DNA from: an uncultured virus (IMG/VR IMGVR_UViG_3300032893_000007)
Lineage: Duplodnaviria; Heunggongvirae; Uroviricota; Caudoviricetes
IMG/VR virus record: IMGVR_UViG_3300032893_000007
DNA: 60,552 bases
Strand: one strand, 5' to 3'
Of this stretch, positions 47,623 through 57,900 are shown piece after piece; the stretch's first letter is position 1, and every line of letters starts with the position of its first letter. A program made the position numbers and the translations under genes. The notes below the pieces were generated by a model. The model saw only the letters and a list, made by a program, of their open reading frames with translations. It ran no database searches and had not been told where the DNA came from.

Positions 47623-48756
47623 CTACTCGTCGTCGTCCATCCCGCGCAGAGCATGAATGACCTGCTCCCTCGCGGGCGCCCTCCCGACGCTCACCCGAAC
47701 CTGATCGCGGCTCATCTTCTCGAGAAGGTCGGCCGTCAGGTCACCCGGAGCGTCGACCACCTTGCTGCCGACCTGGACTCCCTCGAGCGCGTAGATCCTG
47801 GTACCGTCCCTCCACCTCACGGCCGGACCCTCCACCGAGTGGAGCATCCTCGCCTCGCTCACCCTCAGAACCTCCGGCCGGTCGCTCACGACGCAGAACT
47901 CGGGATGCGCCACCCAGGGACCCACGAACCCGGCCAACTTCGCTCGCAAGGATAGATCGCACCTCCCCCTCACGACTGCATCCACCGAGATACCCCTCCG
48001 CTCGTAGTAGGACACGCACGCCGACCCGTCGGCCTTCAGGTTCCCACCCTCGAGCGCGTCCGTGATCTCCCCCACGCGCGACACGAACTCGGACTGGTCC
48101 CAGTCGCGACACGACAGCGTCCCGACGTCGAGTCCCGTGCACTTGATCACGGAATCACCTACCTCAAATGCCAACCGCTCGCTACCGAGGCAAGACACCA
48201 CGTTCTTGATGATCCTCCCGTCCGAGATCATGACGTCAGCGAGCAGATCGACAGCCTGTCCCACCGGCAGAGAAATCATGAGAGCAAACTTCTTGCACAC
48301 CTCGCCAACCTGGTTTCCCACCACCTGACCGGACAACGACAACATGGTCGAACCAGCTGAAACCTGCGTGCGCAACCTGTCGACGAAGAGATTCGCAGAC
48401 GCCTTACCGCTCCACCACTTGTCAAACTTGTAACCCCCTCCCCGCTTCCACCCCCAGTAGACCGATGAGATCCCCGCAACAACCATCAGGACGAACGGCG
48501 ACGGCACCAGGACCACGCGCGAGTCCGGCAACGACCTCCACCCCCTTCTCTCGTAGAGCTCCTTAACCACTCCTCGCACCTCGGCCATCTCCGCATCACC
48601 GACACTACTCGTGGAAAGCGCATTCTCAACCCAGAACTTATGAACCTCACCGGCGATCTCGTCACCCAATATATCGACACTATCAGTCGAACCTGTTCTC
48701 CGCGACAGCAACCTGTTCGACCACTCGTTTCGATCGCTACTCCTATTCTTCGGCAT
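47623..48756 (-). CDS. DUF6745-like protein
   Basis: VPSP; VVSDRPE...LHSVEGPAVRWRDG..IYALEGV. Confidence 0.7.
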   Translation of the reverse strand: MPKNRSSDRNEWSNRLLSRRTGSTDSVDILGDEIAGEVHKFWVENALSTSSVGDAEMAEVRGVVKELYERRGWRSLPDSRVVLVPSPFVLMVVAGISSVYWGWKRGGGYKFDKWWSGKASANLFVDRLRTQVSAGSTMLSLSGQVVGNQVGEVCKKFALMISLPVGQAVDLLADVMISDGRIIKNVVSCLGSERLAFEVGDSVIKCTGLDVGTLSCRDWDQSEFVSRVGEITDALEGGNLKADGSACVSYYERRGISVDAVVRGRCDLSLRAKLAGFVGPWVAHPEFCVVSDRPEVLRVSEARMLHSVEGPAVRWRDGTRIYALEGVQVGSKVVDAPGDLTADLLEKMSRDQVRVSVGRAPAREQVIHALRGMDDDE

Positions 48757-49981
48757 AACGATCCTCCTCGACGAAGATGCTCTCACCCCACTCCGCCGCT
48801 TTTTTCGCGTACCTACCTACCAATACCCAGATGACCCTCATACCCCTCGGTGGGTCGACCGGCGCCGGACCCTGCCCGTCCGTCATGATCACGAGCAGCC
48901 CCGGCCGGAGCCTGAGCCGCTCAACCTCCTGCAAGATGACCACGAAGTCCGTCCCTCCTCCACCCCGCAGACCCCTCACCGCCTCCGCGACGCTCCTCAC
49001 CCGTCGAGGCTTCGCCGACAACCGGCAGTCGCCCACCAAAAACGTCACCTCCGACCTCGTCACCCTCAGCACTCCCGCCACCTCCGACATGACGGCGGAA
49101 AGCTCCGCCTCACCCATGGAGCCCGAGGTGTCCACCAGGACCGCGACCCGAGGCACGGCTCCCACCAGGGCCGACACCTGGACGGCCTCCGCCCCCATGG
49201 ACCGCGCCAGGGCGTCGTAGCAGAGCTGCCTCCTGCAGATGCGCGACCTCGAGTAGTCGACGGTCCCGGCGACTGCCGCGACGTTCGACCTCAGCGCCCG
49301 ACCAATCTTGTCCTGCCACCTCACCTTCGGGGGCGAGAGCTTGGTGCGGGCCCACCTGAGGAGGTCACCCGGCACGTCACCCGCGCTCCTTGAGGCCGCC
49401 CGGACGACCGCCTCGGCCACCTCCCTGCGCATGCGCTGGACCTCGACCTCGGTGCGGCTCCCCGAAGCCCCCTCCTCCGGCTCGCAGTCGAGCCTCTCGC
49501 CTCCGCTCCCGCCGCCGCACTCCCCGGCGGCAACTCCTCCACCTGAAGACAGACTCAAGTTTCCGAGCCTCTCGTAGTACTCCTCCGCCAGGAGCCCGTC
49601 GGGAAAGTGAAAAGACTCTGGCAGGCAGGGCTCGCCCGGCAGGAGGTCGCGCTGAAGTCCGGAGTTGACCTCGCAGTCGGCCGCCACGTTCCACTTATGA
49701 CGGTCGACGAGCAGCACTAGGTCCGACCTCCCGGCGTGGTCGCGGACGAGGTGCTGGAGCTCGTGGACCAGCACCTCCCCGAGCTGCCTCGACCCGAACC
49801 TCTCGACGAACCTCGGGTCGACGAGCAGGACACCGTCCCGCGTGACGCCCATCGTGCCGGACGGCAGCTCGGCCCACCTCCTGACGAGCAGCGCGAGCCC
49901 GCTCGCGAAGTACGGGTACGCTGCGAAGGCAGCCATGAAGGCAGCCGAGAGCCGCTCGTCCCTAGACAACCCCTCGGCCAC
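48743..49981 (-). CDS. DUF2201-type metallopeptidase plus VWA domain protein
   Basis: HELQH (HExxH), WNVAADCEVN, MIDAS DTSGSM, GGGGTDF, MTDG. Confidence 0.9.
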   Translation of the reverse strand: MAEGLSRDERLSAAFMAAFAAYPYFASGLALLVRRWAELPSGTMGVTRDGVLLVDPRFVERFGSRQLGEVLVHELQHLVRDHAGRSDLVLLVDRHKWNVAADCEVNSGLQRDLLPGEPCLPESFHFPDGLLAEEYYERLGNLSLSSGGGVAAGECGGGSGGERLDCEPEEGASGSRTEVEVQRMRREVAEAVVRAASRSAGDVPGDLLRWARTKLSPPKVRWQDKIGRALRSNVAAVAGTVDYSRSRICRRQLCYDALARSMGAEAVQVSALVGAVPRVAVLVDTSGSMGEAELSAVMSEVAGVLRVTRSEVTFLVGDCRLSAKPRRVRSVAEAVRGLRGGGGTDFVVILQEVERLRLRPGLLVIMTDGQGPAPVDPPRGMRVIWVLVGRYAKKAAEWGESIFVEEDRYAEE

Positions 49982-49982
49982 G

Positions 49983-51167
49983 CTACCCCCTCATGAGTCC
50001 CGCGGCCGCGAGCATCGGCTGGAACCTCGTCAAGACCGCTGAGGCGTCCTCGTTGAAGACCTCCCCGTCCCGCTCGAGCCCCACCCCCTTCTTGCAGAGC
50101 ACCTTCACCGTCGGGAAGGCGACGTCCGCCGCCTTCGCCATGACCTGCCGGATAAACGACCAGAGGACGGCCGCCCGCTCGACCCTCCGGTCGGCGTCCC
50201 TCGGGACGACCAGGGCCGAACACGACGCCAACACGGCCATGGTGCGGTCCATCCTCGAGTCGTCGTGCCTGAACTCGACGAGTCCGTCAAGGAAGTCGGC
50301 CGGGTGGGGCAGATCGCAGTTCTGGATGAAGCTGCGCAGCTCCACGACGGCCGCCTGCCCCACGAAAGCCCCCACGTACCTGTCGGTCTCCTCCTCGGTG
50401 AGACCATGAGCTCGAGAGGCTGCAAGGGCCCTCGTGGCCATGGCCCAGGTCCTGCGGCTCGGCCAGGCGAGGCTCGCCTGCGGGCTGCCCGCCTCGGGCT
50501 TCGCGTGCAAGATCGACGGCTTCCGCTGGACGAAGGTCGACACGTGCCCGGCCGCCCAGGCGTAGTCCGCGTGCCAGCGCTCAAGGACCCTCTCCTGCAA
50601 AGCTACCGGGTCGACCGTCCCGACCGGCTCCGCCCCGAAGCCTCCCTCCCCTACGAGCCAAGCCGACCAGGCCTCGGCGTCAGGTGCGCGCCAATCGCAG
50701 AGAGTCCCGAACCTGTTCGCCAGCGACGACGACACGTCGTAACCCCCGGCCGAGTCGTCCACCCCGTTCTGCGCCGCGATCATCCTCACCGTAGAGGGCA
50801 GCCTCACCTCGCCCACCACGCGGTCGAGGACGATCCTGAGGAGGACAGCCTGGACGGCGGGAGGACAGGTGTTGATCTCGTCGAAGAAGACGGCCGAGTG
50901 GGGGTGCTCGAGCACCTCGGAGACCCAGTCCGGCGGAGCGTTACCGACGGTGCCGTCACCGCGGACCACCGGCAGACCGAGAAAGTCCGCGGGCTCCCGC
51001 AGGCTCGCGATGAGCACCTTGACGTGAAGACCGGCGTTCGCCGCCACCTGCACCATGATGTCCGACTTCGCGGTACCGGGCTCCCCGACGAGCCTGAAGG
51101 GCAGCCCCCAGAGCCCCCGCGGCCCCGGCGTGAAGAGTGCGGCCCTGATGATGTTCGCGTCGCTCAT
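49983..51167 (-). CDS. MoxR-like AAA+ ATPase
   Basis: Walker A GEPGTAKS, Walker B VFFDE, LANRF, PSRRTW. Confidence 0.9.
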   Translation of the reverse strand: MSDANIIRAALFTPGPRGLWGLPFRLVGEPGTAKSDIMVQVAANAGLHVKVLIASLREPADFLGLPVVRGDGTVGNAPPDWVSEVLEHPHSAVFFDEINTCPPAVQAVLLRIVLDRVVGEVRLPSTVRMIAAQNGVDDSAGGYDVSSSLANRFGTLCDWRAPDAEAWSAWLVGEGGFGAEPVGTVDPVALQERVLERWHADYAWAAGHVSTFVQRKPSILHAKPEAGSPQASLAWPSRRTWAMATRALAASRAHGLTEEETDRYVGAFVGQAAVVELRSFIQNCDLPHPADFLDGLVEFRHDDSRMDRTMAVLASCSALVVPRDADRRVERAAVLWSFIRQVMAKAADVAFPTVKVLCKKGVGLERDGEVFNEDASAVLTRFQPMLAAAGLMRG

Positions 51168-51187
51168 CGCACATCCCTCCCGAAAAT

Positions 51188-51682
51188 TCAGCGCAGCTCG
51201 CCCGGCTCAACGTCGGGAACCTTGCAGCGATACGGATACTTATCCCGCCAGGCCCGAATCCGCTTGACGAGCTCGTCGATCTCCGCAAGCCTCGGGAGAC
51301 TCGCTCCGCGCTCCGCAAGATCTTCACGGTAGAGCTCGAGGCACGGCAAAAAGGAGTTATCGTGCGGCCTGAACACCACGTAGGTAGACGAATCCACCTC
51401 CTCGCCGTCCGCGTCCCGAACTAGCGTCCCGTGCACCTTGAGATCTAAGATCTCGCCCCGAAACTCCCCTCGCCTGGCAGCCTCGACCCTGACGATCAGG
51501 TCCAAGACTGCCTTCCTCTGCTCCTGCCCGACCCCGTCTACCGCCACCCGCAGACTGTAAACTTGCAGCATGCGAAGGAAGGCGTCGTCTTCGGCGAAGA
51601 AGACGACGATCTCGTCCTCCGGGATCTCCCGACCATTCTTATTTTTTACCAGCGTCCCGTGGAACCTCTCGTCGAGTCTCAT
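51188..51682 (-). CDS. phage protein with internal domain duplication
   Basis: LDERFHGTLV...VVFFAEDDAF versus LDLKVHGTLV...VVFRPHDNSF. Confidence 0.7.
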   Translation of the reverse strand: MRLDERFHGTLVKNKNGREIPEDEIVVFFAEDDAFLRMLQVYSLRVAVDGVGQEQRKAVLDLIVRVEAARRGEFRGEILDLKVHGTLVRDADGEEVDSSTYVVFRPHDNSFLPCLELYREDLAERGASLPRLAEIDELVKRIRAWRDKYPYRCKVPDVEPGELR

Positions 51683-52185
51683 ACCCACTTTCCTCCTTCT
51701 TCGTGTTTCAAATAGATCTCGCGCTTCTTCCCGGCCAAGGCCACGTGGAAAGCCTGCTCGACCGGCGGCCAGGGCAGCGCGACTCCCGCCTCGGCCATCG
51801 TCCTCGTGACCTCGAGGCCCATCGCCTCTGGAGTCGCCTCGACGAGCCAATCGACCTCCGGGTGCTCCTCCCGAAACTTCGTCACCTCCTCGCGGAGCCT
51901 CTTTCGGGCCTTACCCTGCCAGTAGAGCACGCACCTCACCTGCCGGTCACTCCACCTCGGGTGCACCTCCCTCATCGCCCGCACGTGATCGCCTAGCTGA
52001 AAGACGGACCACACGACGTAGAACGGGGCTCCCAGGTCGAACACGTCGTCGAGGTGCCTCGCCCTCGGGGGACACCTCTCCACCGTCCCGAAGTTTGGAC
52101 AGCCCCTCGGATGTCCCGGATAAGGCCGACAGCAGAGCTTGCGGACGGCAGGGTCGAGCACGGGAACCACCTTCGCGTACGGCAT
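51679..52185 (-). CDS. DUF2284-like metal-binding protein
   Basis: LCCRPYPGHPRGCPNFG...CPP; PEAMGLEV..T. Confidence 0.65.
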   Translation of the reverse strand: MPYAKVVPVLDPAVRKLCCRPYPGHPRGCPNFGTVERCPPRARHLDDVFDLGAPFYVVWSVFQLGDHVRAMREVHPRWSDRQVRCVLYWQGKARKRLREEVTKFREEHPEVDWLVEATPEAMGLEVTRTMAEAGVALPWPPVEQAFHVALAGKKREIYLKHEEGGKWV

Positions 52186-52189
52186 GATC

Positions 52190-52687
52190 TCATCCCCCGA
52201 GTCGAGTCAAGACGAAGTACCCCAAGAAGATCTCGCGACCGAAAAAACTCGCGCAGCACTTCCCGAGCAGGAGGCACGGGTCGCCCGTCGTTCTCAGGTA
52301 GTACCTGAGCCTCCGCGACGACCACCAGCAGTTCGAGGGCTGCCCGTGATCGAGCAGTACGGCCTGCCCGCCGTCCCCCGCGTAAGCAACCTGGTCGTCA
52401 ACCTCGAACCTCCCCCACGGCCAGTACTTAGAACGGAAGAAGCAGTTACACCCGGTAACCTTCCCCTTCCACGCGAAGTTGGCGAACATCACAACGTGAC
52501 GAAAGAACCAGCCGCCGAGGTTCGGCAGGAAGCCGGCGAGCCTCGTGACCCTCCAATACGTTGTAGCTCCTCCCCTGCCGAGGAGCTGCGTCGCCCTCAA
52601 TGAGATCCCCGATCGAAACATAACCTCGAGCGCAGACCGGTCGTGGCAGTCGAACTTCAGGATGGGTCGCCCGTCGAAGTAGAGCAT
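52190..52687 (-). CDS. hypothetical protein
   Basis: GAGG RBS before MLYFDG; WKGK motif. Confidence 0.55.
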   Translation of the reverse strand: MLYFDGRPILKFDCHDRSALEVMFRSGISLRATQLLGRGGATTYWRVTRLAGFLPNLGGWFFRHVVMFANFAWKGKVTGCNCFFRSKYWPWGRFEVDDQVAYAGDGGQAVLLDHGQPSNCWWSSRRLRYYLRTTGDPCLLLGKCCASFFGREIFLGYFVLTRLGG

Positions 52688-53418
52688 GTCCTCAACCCTC
52701 GTACGTCCTGGTGTGCACGGCAAGCAACTTCCACCTGGTCCTGTCCTCAACGGAAGAACCCCCACAGACCGGGTCTGACTCCGCGGGCACCACCTCGAAC
52801 AACACGGCGTCGTCGGGAAGTCCGAACGCCTTCCGCACCTCGTCCGCAGTATACACAACGCGAAACTCCTCGGTCCTCTTCACCTTCGTCGTCGGCATCC
52901 TCTTACCTTCCTTCTTTCCCCGCGATCAACCGGACGACCCGGGCGTGCTGCCGCTCATAGCGCACCTCGGGCACACTGCCACCCTGACCCGAGTCTTCGG
53001 CACCGTCATCTCGTCGCACGTGTGGCAGCGGATCTCCTCGTCGGGCTCCCAAGCGTCCTTGTACCGCTTCTCCGACACCTTGGCGATCCTCTCGGCCAGC
53101 TCCCTGATCCTCTCCCTGGGCATGCCCGGGGCCGCGTGCGGGGTGATCATGATCGCGATCTCGGTCGCGAGGCGAACCGTCCGCTCGTCGTAGTCAAAGT
53201 CTATCGACAACTGCCCAGCACCCATCATGGCCTCCCGGCCGACTTGAACCACCACACGAGGCCCACCCCGAAGGCTCCCGTCCCGAGCCCCAGGTACCAG
53301 TTCGGGCAGGACTGCATAGCGTGTCCCGCCAGGGCGAGGCCCGCCACCTCGGCGAGCGAGCGCTGGTAGCCGTCGAGCAACACCGCAAAATACAGCAGGA
53401 CACCTACTCCGAACATGA

Positions 53419-53655
53419 TCACTCGCATGTTGGTACCTTCCTGGGAGGTCGTCCCACCCGGGCCGGCAGCTGTCCCAGGTCTATCCCGAGGTGGCTGATG
53501 CGCGAGTAGAGGTAGCGCCTCCTCACGCCGAGCGACCTGGCAGCCCGCGTGCGGGAGCCCCCGCACCCCTGGATCGCCTTGATGATGAGGATCCTCTCAT
53601 ACGCGGCGACCAGCTCGGGCAGCGACCTCGGTCCTTCCTGCATGCTCATACTCAA
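53419..53655 (-). CDS. stand-alone Fis/NtrC-type HTH protein
   Basis: YERILIIKAI...GGSRTRAARSLGVRRRYLYSRI..LGI. Confidence 0.85.
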   Translation of the reverse strand: MSMSMQEGPRSLPELVAAYERILIIKAIQGCGGSRTRAARSLGVRRRYLYSRISHLGIDLGQLPARVGRPPRKVPTCE

Positions 53656-53918
53656 AGCTCCTGTTCATCTTCGGGCATCATCCCGATCGCCTCGGCGACC
53701 GCCGCCCGTGCGTTGTCCTCGTCAAGGTACCCGAGATCGACGGCCCTCTCGTAGAGCTGCTGCTTCAGCTCGTGCCAGAACCCGAGCACCGAACCCTTCC
53801 TCTTCTGCGAGTGCTTCCTGCTCGTCCTCAACATGTTGTACACCTCGGAGTAGGTGAGCCCGGTACGAAACTCGTCGTACTTCGGCAGCCCGTGCCTCTT
53901 GCCCCAGGTGCTCGGCAT
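53652..53918 (-). CDS. hypothetical protein
   Basis: MPSTWG...YDEFRTGLTY...VLGFWHELKQ. Confidence 0.6.
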   Translation of the reverse strand: MPSTWGKRHGLPKYDEFRTGLTYSEVYNMLRTSRKHSQKRKGSVLGFWHELKQQLYERAVDLGYLDEDNARAAVAEAIGMMPEDEQEL

Positions 53919-53932
53919 CTCACCCTCGCCCC

Positions 53933-54457
53933 TCACGGAGCATCGCCCGTCGGCCCTTTCCACGACTCCTTCCACCTGGCAATCCACACCCGCAACCCGT
54001 TGGAACCCGACGAACCCGAGTCGCACACAGTGCAGATCTCCTGCTCACGTTCATCATACAGCACGACCCCGGGCGGACACTCACTCACGACCTCCAGCAC
54101 GGCACCGTCATTATGCCTTTTTATGAGGCCCATCACGGGATACTCGTCGAAGAAAACGCTCTTTCCAGCAGATCGCGCGTATCGAACATCGTTGGTCGTC
54201 CCCTCGCTCAACTCGTACGTCCTCGACGACATGGCGACCGCCACCGCGTGGCAGGTCGAGAGCACCGACAGGGAGGCCTCATCGATGAACGGACCCGGAA
54301 CGGCACCCTGCAGGTGACGATACATCGTGTGGAAGATCACCGGCACGGCGCCGAGCCTCGCCACGAGGATCCCCAGGTCTTCCGCGCGGCGTATGTTGAG
54401 CTCGACCTCATACGGAGTCGACGCCCTGAACGCTCCGGCGATGAAAATCCTGGGCAT
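53933..54457 (-). CDS. nucleoside 2-deoxyribosyltransferase-fold (DUF1937-like) protein
   Basis: IFIAGAF...NIRRAE...SEGT..DV.YA...GKSVFF. Confidence 0.65.
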   Translation of the reverse strand: MPRIFIAGAFRASTPYEVELNIRRAEDLGILVARLGAVPVIFHTMYRHLQGAVPGPFIDEASLSVLSTCHAVAVAMSSRTYELSEGTTNDVRYARSAGKSVFFDEYPVMGLIKRHNDGAVLEVVSECPPGVVLYDEREQEICTVCDSGSSGSNGLRVWIARWKESWKGPTGDAP

Positions 54458-54957
54458 CGTGAACCGAATCAAACCGACCTCACTCACGACGACCGTTCCT
54501 TTCCAGATCTTCGATCTGCCTCCTGGCTGCTCCGAGCTCGTCGCCCAAGTCTTCCACCCTCTCAACGAGAACCGGCAGAGCACAGGCAGAGCAATAAGAG
54601 TTCCCTCGCAGGAAAATCCACCCGTACTTGTCAGCCTTTTCTCCGCCAGCCAACTCAAGACGAGCAGCACAACCCTGTACAGAGCACTTCAACTGATCTT
54701 TTCGAAAATACTTGACAAACACGCTCATCCTCCTTCAAGAGTTTTTGAACGACCCTCGTCAAGACAACCGCAACTACCGTCCGCCGGACAGGTAGGCTGA
54801 TCCATGAAGTTAAGCGCCTCACGCTCTCCGACGACGTCCAGACAGTACCGGTGGAGCTTCGGATGAGTCGCTGCTTCAGCACTGCTAGGTCAAGCATCAG
54901 CATCCTACTAACTTCTCGAAATATGTAAACGAACAGAACACACAACCTTCTCCAAAA

Positions 54958-57900
54958 CTAAACAGCTGCCGCGAGCATCGCCTTGGTGACTGAGTCGAAG
55001 TTCTTCCGAATCTCGTCCTCGAAGTCGAACTCCCCAGGCACTCGGTCTCCCGAGCGGAGCTCGGCGACGCTCCAGGGTCTCGTCTCTCCGTCCGGGTAGT
55101 GGAAACGCTTCGAGAGCATCTCGAACGTGAGCGCCTTGATGACAAGGAGCTCAAAAGGAGCCGTCGTGTACTGACCCCCCACCATGGTCCGATAGAGCTC
55201 TCGCATCCGGGTCATGCGCTGGACGCCGACCCGGTCGCCGGCGATGATCCGGTCGAGCTTGTCCCAGGCCTCTTTACCGGCACCGAGCGAGAACCCCTTG
55301 GCCTTGGTGAGCCTCTTCTCCTTCCACGTCCCGTCTCGCTGAAGCTCGAAGCCCTCCCCGCGATAGATCTTCGGGGCGACGAACTCCGCCCAGTCGATCT
55401 TCTTCTCGAGCTTGAGGGCCCCGAGCCGCTTGTCGTCACGAGGGAGATCCGCCGTTGTACACAGTGAGTCAGTGTTGTGGAGGAGCACCCGCCCTAGACC
55501 ATCAACAAACGTATGAGCCCCCTCTACCTCGAGATCATATACGAACCCGTCATGCTTCATCACCTCAACATGGGTCGTGTACCTGTTCCGTTCGCTCCCA
55601 TCAGGCCGCAATCGTATCTGGTAACTCTTCTTCTCAGGACGATAATGAACCGAGTGTTCCAAACCATGCTGATCTAGGAGATACGATAGCCCGGCAGCCA
55701 ACTTCTGCGACTTCGTTCCGTACTCAGTATTTGCCCCTTCACTACCGTCCCCCTCCATCAACTTCAACCAGAACACCTCAAAATCCTCCCGCGACAAGTC
55801 GTACACAAACGAAGGAAGATGACGATCTTCACTCCCCATCATCCCGCCGAGAGTACCGAACAACGCCGCCATAGAATGAGTGCCACTACGCATCCAGTAG
55901 ACATTGGCACCGGAATCCCACGTCGGAGTGCTGATCACCAGTCCCTCGGAGATTGCCAACAGATCGATCCGAAGCTGCTCGAGCCAACTTCTCTCCTGCT
56001 GGCATAGCGAAAACATGCTGCGGTGCCTGTTGGTGATGCCCTTATAGCTTGAACTTCCCTCGGCAATGAAGGCGGCCAAAACCCGCAAGAGCCGACGAAA
56101 GTCTTCAGTTCCTGCCCGATAATAACGCCTAAACCGAAAAGACGACTTCCTGAAGGTAGCAAACCACAGCCACTCACCGTCGGCCGACACCTCGAACCGA
56201 TGACGAATCTTTCCGCCATGATCTGAATTCGTCTCGACAACGTGCTCAAAATCCTTCACATATTCATAAAGATCGATCAGCTCGCGCACCACGGGAACCG
56301 GCGCCTTGACCACGTCAAATTGCAAGTTCCGCTCCGCGAAGTCCGCAGGCTTCACTTCCTCGCCTCCCACCATGATCGAATGATCTTCCGTCACGTGGAC
56401 CTGCCCCCTCTTCGAGCTAACAAGGTACACGTCTTTACTCGTCTCGTGACGAATGACCCTCTTGAGCGGAAACCACCCCTGTCGCCCACCTGCATCCTGA
56501 GCCAACGCCGTCCATCCCTTACCCAACCAATCCCTCAACCGACAAGCTTCTTTCACTCCGTGCCACTCCGTCGCCGCCTCCCCGTACCTCCTCCAGACGT
56601 CCTCCACCGGCTCTATGACGATCTTCCCCTCCGGTGACTTCAACACCACCGTCCGATCTCCAGTAATGCTATCCATGTAATACAGATTGCGTTTTTGATC
56701 GAAGCAAATCTTGGCGTAGTCGTACAGGGTCCGGCGCGCGATGGCCGTGATGACCGCCGCGACGATGACGTGCCGGTGGTCAATCTTCGCCTCCTTCTCG
56801 CAGAGCCACACGCCCGGCTGGAGCATCTGCATGACCTCTCGGTCGATCTCGTCGGGGTTGATCAGCATCTCCTGCTTGTGCGTGCCCTCAGCGCACTTGC
56901 CGTAGAGGCTATTGAGCAGGTATTTGAGCACGAGCTTGCGGAAGTCGGTCTTGGCCTCCGCCCTGAGCGCGTAGATCTTCTTGGCGTACTCGCCGAAGTC
57001 GTAGAACGGCTCAAACACGTACACCTGGTGCACCTTGTGCAGCCTCGCCCCCTCGCGCAGGGCGAGCCGGATGTCCGTCGAGGTGAACCAGCTGCGCCAC
57101 CTGCCCACCGGAAAGAACACCCGGCTATCCTTGCGGTACGGCAGCGGCGGAAAGTACATCTCCGGCACCTCCACCGTCGCGTCGGCGAGGTAGATACACT
57201 CGTCCCGGTCGTCGTCGGGCAAGTCGAGTCGGTACTCGACGAGGTTACCCGGCAGGGGAAAAGTCATGGCGTACGGGAAGCTAGAGTTGATGTCGTAGAT
57301 AAGGAAGTCCTCCGCGTGCCTGGCGAGCACCTCCACGCGGCTCGCGAAGTAGCTCTCCCCGGCGACCTGGTTGAGCGCCTCCGACGTGAAGATGTCCCTC
57401 TGGAGGAACGACCTGCGGAAGAGGGTCATGGCCGTAGAGGCGATGGTCTGCTGGAGCTGACCCCCGAGACCCACTATCTCGTCCTCGAACTGCGCGATGG
57501 CCCTCCACAAGATCTCGCAATCAAGCCGGTTATAAAGGATCAAGATCTCGACCGGCACCTCAGCGTAGAAGATGGTCTTCTCTTGCCTCGAGAGCTCCTC
57601 GAAGTCCCTGATGGTGCGGCCGAACCGCTCGGACATCCAGGCGAGAGCCTTCGGGTCATCTCCCTTCTTAAGACCGATCGCCTCCCCGATGCTCGCAAGC
57701 TTGTCGCGCAGGAGCCAGAAGGAGTCGCAGAAGTGCCAGGCATTCTTGCCCGAGATGACGTGCACGATGATCGCCGAGCTGCCCGAGAACGACGCCTTGA
57801 TCTTCCAGCTCCTACCCGACGGAGTCACTCCCGACGCTTGCTCAGTCACCTTCTGGCCGTCCGGTGCGTACGACGTGCTCGACCTGGCTCCTCCCCCTCC

